This document shows, in pieces, positions 61,359 to 64,000 of a DNA stretch of 64,000 nt. Position 1 is the stretch's first letter. Each line of letters starts with the position of its first letter. The translations under genes were made by a program, and so were the position numbers. The stretch covers positions 1 through 64,000 of the forward strand of contig JBFMCP010000003.1 in NCBI GenBank assembly GCA_040754455.1. The letters run 5' to 3'. A model generated the notes under the pieces. The model saw only the letters and a program-made list of their open reading frames with translations. It was not told the origin of the DNA and searched no databases. This DNA is from Nitrospirota bacterium. GTDB lineage: Bacteria > Nitrospirota > Thermodesulfovibrionia > Thermodesulfovibrionales > Dissulfurispiraceae.

Positions 61359-62099
61359 ATGAAACGATTTGTTGATTCAAGAAAAGCTCTCTATCAAACA
61401 GGATTCACTCTCGTCGAGGTGCTGTTCGCCATTACCATCGGAGTGCTCCTGCTCGGAGCGATCTTTGTTGCTGTGCAATCAGGACAGCGGTCGTCTGTGG
61501 CGATCGAGAGCAAGGTAGCCACGCAGCAGGATGCAAGGGCTGCGCTCGCCATAATGGAAATGGAAATCGGCATGGCATCGTATAACGCCACTTTTGCTCC
61601 GGCTTCTATGTGGCTCAATCCTGCTGATTGCGCTGCTGCCGGCGTTGCTGCTAATAAAGGAATACAAGTTGCAACTGTAAACACGCTGACAGTAGAAATG
61701 GATACCAACGAGAACGGGAGCCTCGCTCCCGGCATTCCAGGGAATCAGAATGAAATAATCAGCTATGTGTACGACATACCAAATCAACGTCTTACCCGCT
61801 CGACGAATTGCGGAGGCGCACAAGAATTCCTTGGCTGCCTGGACGCAGACGGCAACGGACGCTGTGACAGCAACGAGTCTCTGAGGGCAACAAGGATCAT
61901 CAATAATACGCTCGGCATTCCAGTTTTCCAGTACTTTGATGCAACTGGCGCTACGACAGCAAACATTCCTGCCATAAGACGAATCGATATTACCCTTGCC
62001 GTACAGACAGACGAAATAGATCCCAACACAGGACAAAGAAGAACGATGATCTACTCAACCAGTGTTATCCCAAAGAACCATGCGATTTTCCAGAATTGA
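61359..62099 (+). CDS. pilW: Minor pilin PilW-like
   Basis: TG|FTLVEVL, QQDARAAL, FQYFD, IRRIDITL. Confidence 0.85.
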   Translation: MKRFVDSRKALYQTGFTLVEVLFAITIGVLLLGAIFVAVQSGQRSSVAIESKVATQQDARAALAIMEMEIGMASYNATFAPASMWLNPADCAAAGVAANKGIQVATVNTLTVEMDTNENGSLAPGIPGNQNEIISYVYDIPNQRLTRSTNCGGAQEFLGCLDADGNGRCDSNESLRATRIINNTLGIPVFQYFDATGATTANIPAIRRIDITLAVQTDEIDPNTGQRRTMIYSTSVIPKNHAIFQN

Positions 62100-62109
62100 G
62101 GAGCCGCCT

Positions 62110-62607
62110 ATGAGGATTATCAAAAATAGAGAGGGCTTTGCCATGATTGCAGCACTCCTTGCCATTCTCATTCTCACGGCAGTAGGCGTGCTGGTCTTTA
62201 CGGTGACCACAAGGGACATAAGAATAAGCGCCAGAGTCACCGGAGAAAAGAAGGCCTTTTCCGCAACCGAAGCAGGGGTCCATCTGCTCATACAACAAAC
62301 GAATATCTTACAGGGCAATATCGCAGGCTATACGGTAAGTCCGGCCCAGCCCGTTAACACACTAAATGACCCTGACACCCGCTACTCCATTACCAATGCG
62401 AATCCGCCCTCTGGTGTGCCGGCGGCAGCAGCATACCCCGGCTATTCATTAAGCAGCGCGGGAGGCTCGCAATCGTGGGGGATGACGATTTTTAACAAAC
62501 GCGTCACAGGGATCAATACGCGATACAACAGCAACGTCGATGTTGATGTAGGGATCGGCTACGGGCCTGTTGAAATAAGCACTTCCCAGCCTGCAGCAGG
62601 TGGATAG
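62110..62607 (+). CDS. pilX: Minor pilin PilX-like
   Basis: EG|FAMIAALL (lacks Glu5, typical of PilX), AFSATEAG. Confidence 0.82.
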   Translation: MRIIKNREGFAMIAALLAILILTAVGVLVFTVTTRDIRISARVTGEKKAFSATEAGVHLLIQQTNILQGNIAGYTVSPAQPVNTLNDPDTRYSITNANPPSGVPAAAAYPGYSLSSAGGSQSWGMTIFNKRVTGINTRYNSNVDVDVGIGYGPVEISTSQPAAGG

Positions 62608-62633
62608 CAGGCCTGCCATAAGGAGGTAGTATC

Positions 62634-64000
62634 ATGGAATGCTCAAAAAAAATTATTGTTTTTGTAGTAGTGCTCTTTCTAACCGGCATCTCCTATGCTG
62701 CAGATGAGAGCATCCTTTTTACTTCAATCGCTCCTGATGCATTGATCCTTCTCGATCTGTCGGGCAGCATGAACTGGAACCCTGCTGGAGGAAGCAGGAT
62801 ATATGGAGCAAGCTCTTCATGTGTGGCTGATACGACACACTGTTCCGGAGCCAACTGCAGCGGAGGCTTCTGCAACAGCTCTCAGGCATCCTGCAGTGTC
62901 GATTGCAGCCGTCTTGCTATTGCAAAGCGGGCCCTCTTTGATGTCTTCGATGATAATGACAACAATGTCATCAACAGCTCAGGCAGCAATACCGATGACC
63001 TGAGTCTCAATATGAGAACGGGCTATATGCGTTTTTTCGGCTGCCAAACGAGCAGCGATGAACGTAACGGCACGTATAGCTATTCAGCCGGCTGCAACAC
63101 CTTGATAAAAGGGATCGGCACAAAATACAGCAGTATTTTCTGCGGCAGCAGCAATAGCTGCTCAAGCAGCAGCTCCGGCTCCAGCGGCATTGTTGGTGAA
63201 GACGCAAGCGGCGGGACACCGCTCGCCGCAGCCCTCCATGAGGCTAAACTCTACCTCGACTATCATAAAAGTACGGATACGGCAGCCGCATGCCGGGAGA
63301 AATTCGTCATACTTATCACCGACGGCGCTGACACCTATCATTGCAGCGGGACAGGTCAGGAGGATCAAGCTGACCAGTATAAAAGGAGAAAGGCGACCGT
63401 TGCAAAGGCCAAGGCCCTGGCCGATGCCGGATACAAGGTCTTTGTGGTGGGGTTCGGAGCAGCAATGCCGGACAGTCTCGAGAGGACCCTGAACTGGGCC
63501 GCCTACTACGGCAAGACAGACAACCCGCTCGTTGTCAATTCAGGTACTACCAACGCCATCACCTCCTCTGTCGATCCCTGCAATGAAGGATCAGAAAACG
63601 ACCCTGCAAATGCTGCCCTTTCAGGATACGCCTTTCTCGCGAGCAATGCCGACGAACTCGCCACAGCACTCAAACAGGCAGTAAATATCATACGAGAGGC
63701 GACGTATGCATTTTCGCTCACCTCGGTATCGTCCGCACGTATCCAGAGCGAGAATAATCTTTACGAAGCTTCCTTTATTCCCGTCGATGAAGACCCCTTC
63801 TGGCAGGGCCACCTGAAAAAATATAATATCAATCCGGACGGCTCGCTGGGCACTGTCGCGTGGGATGCAGGTGATGTCTTGGCCAACACTTCAGCGGCAA
63901 GCAGAAACATAAAAACCTATAAGTCAGGTGCGGTTGTTGCCTTTACGACAGCGAATATTACGCCGGCAGACCTTTCGCCGAATCCCTCCGCCCCGATCAG
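62634..64000 (+). CDS. pilY1: PilY1-like adhesin with vWA domain (3'-partial; not in the ORF track)
   Basis: SD AAGGAGG; signal peptide MECSKKIIVF..., MIDAS LDLSGSM, GGTPLAAAL, CREKFVILITDG, WQGHLKKY; no stop seen in the segments translated. Confidence 0.88.
   Translation, partial: MECSKKIIVFVVVLFLTGISYAADESILFTSIAPDALILLDLSGSMNWNPAGGSRIYGASSSCVADTTHCSGANCSGGFCNSSQASCSVDCSRLAIAKRALFDVFDDNDNNVINSSGSNTDDLSLNMRTGYMRFFGCQTSSDERNGTYSYSAGCNTLIKGIGTKYSSIFCGSSNSCSSSSSGSSGIVGEDASGGTPLAAALHEAKLYLDYHKSTDTAAACREKFVILITDGADTYHCSGTGQEDQADQYKRRKATVAKAKALADAGYKVFVVGFGAAMPDSLERTLNWAAYYGKTDNPLVVNSGTTNAITSSVDPCNEGSENDPANAALSGYAFLASNADELATALKQAVNIIREATYAFSLTSVSSARIQSENNLYEASFIPVDEDPFWQGHLKKYNINPDGSLGTVAWDAGDVLANTSAASRNIKTYKSGAVVAFTTANITPADLSPNPSAPI

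Overview
A gene-dense, mostly core-chromosomal window from an anaerobic bacterium. Gene content suggests Nitrospirota (Thermodesulfovibrionia-like) or a deltaproteobacterium; this is inferred from sequence only. In order, it holds: a decayed IS481 right end; an MltD/LysM transglycosylase; a complete rnfCDGEAB operon; surE/FAD-oxidoreductase/pcm/arsR; galT-glgA with a GAF/PAS kinase; a signalling block (two paralogous HAMP kinases, an RsbT-like/DRTGG/PHP/HATPase module and a sigma54 activator); tRNA-Gln and tRNA-Phe; speD; gap-pgk; a heme-sensor/sigma54 system upstream of a YeiH-family transporter; rpiB-glyA-nrdR; argDF; a methyl-branch folate cluster (cooC, 5-formyl-THF cyclo-ligase, folE, folD, hdrCBA-mvhD-metV-metF); and a type IVa pilus locus (pilC, pilRS, pilA, fimU-like, pilV/W/X, partial pilY1). 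The ORF track splits two genes at in-frame TGA codons. Both TGAs sit at catalytic or ligand Cys positions and are followed by SECIS-like hairpins, so I read them as selenoproteins: an exported DsbC/DsbG-like protein with a UPYC active site plus a CxxCH motif, and MvhD. Other notable signals are a possible RNA switch around speD, heptamer-repeat palindromes, an in-frame palindrome inside pilS, and several apparently leaderless genes. All calls come from reading motifs; no searches were run.
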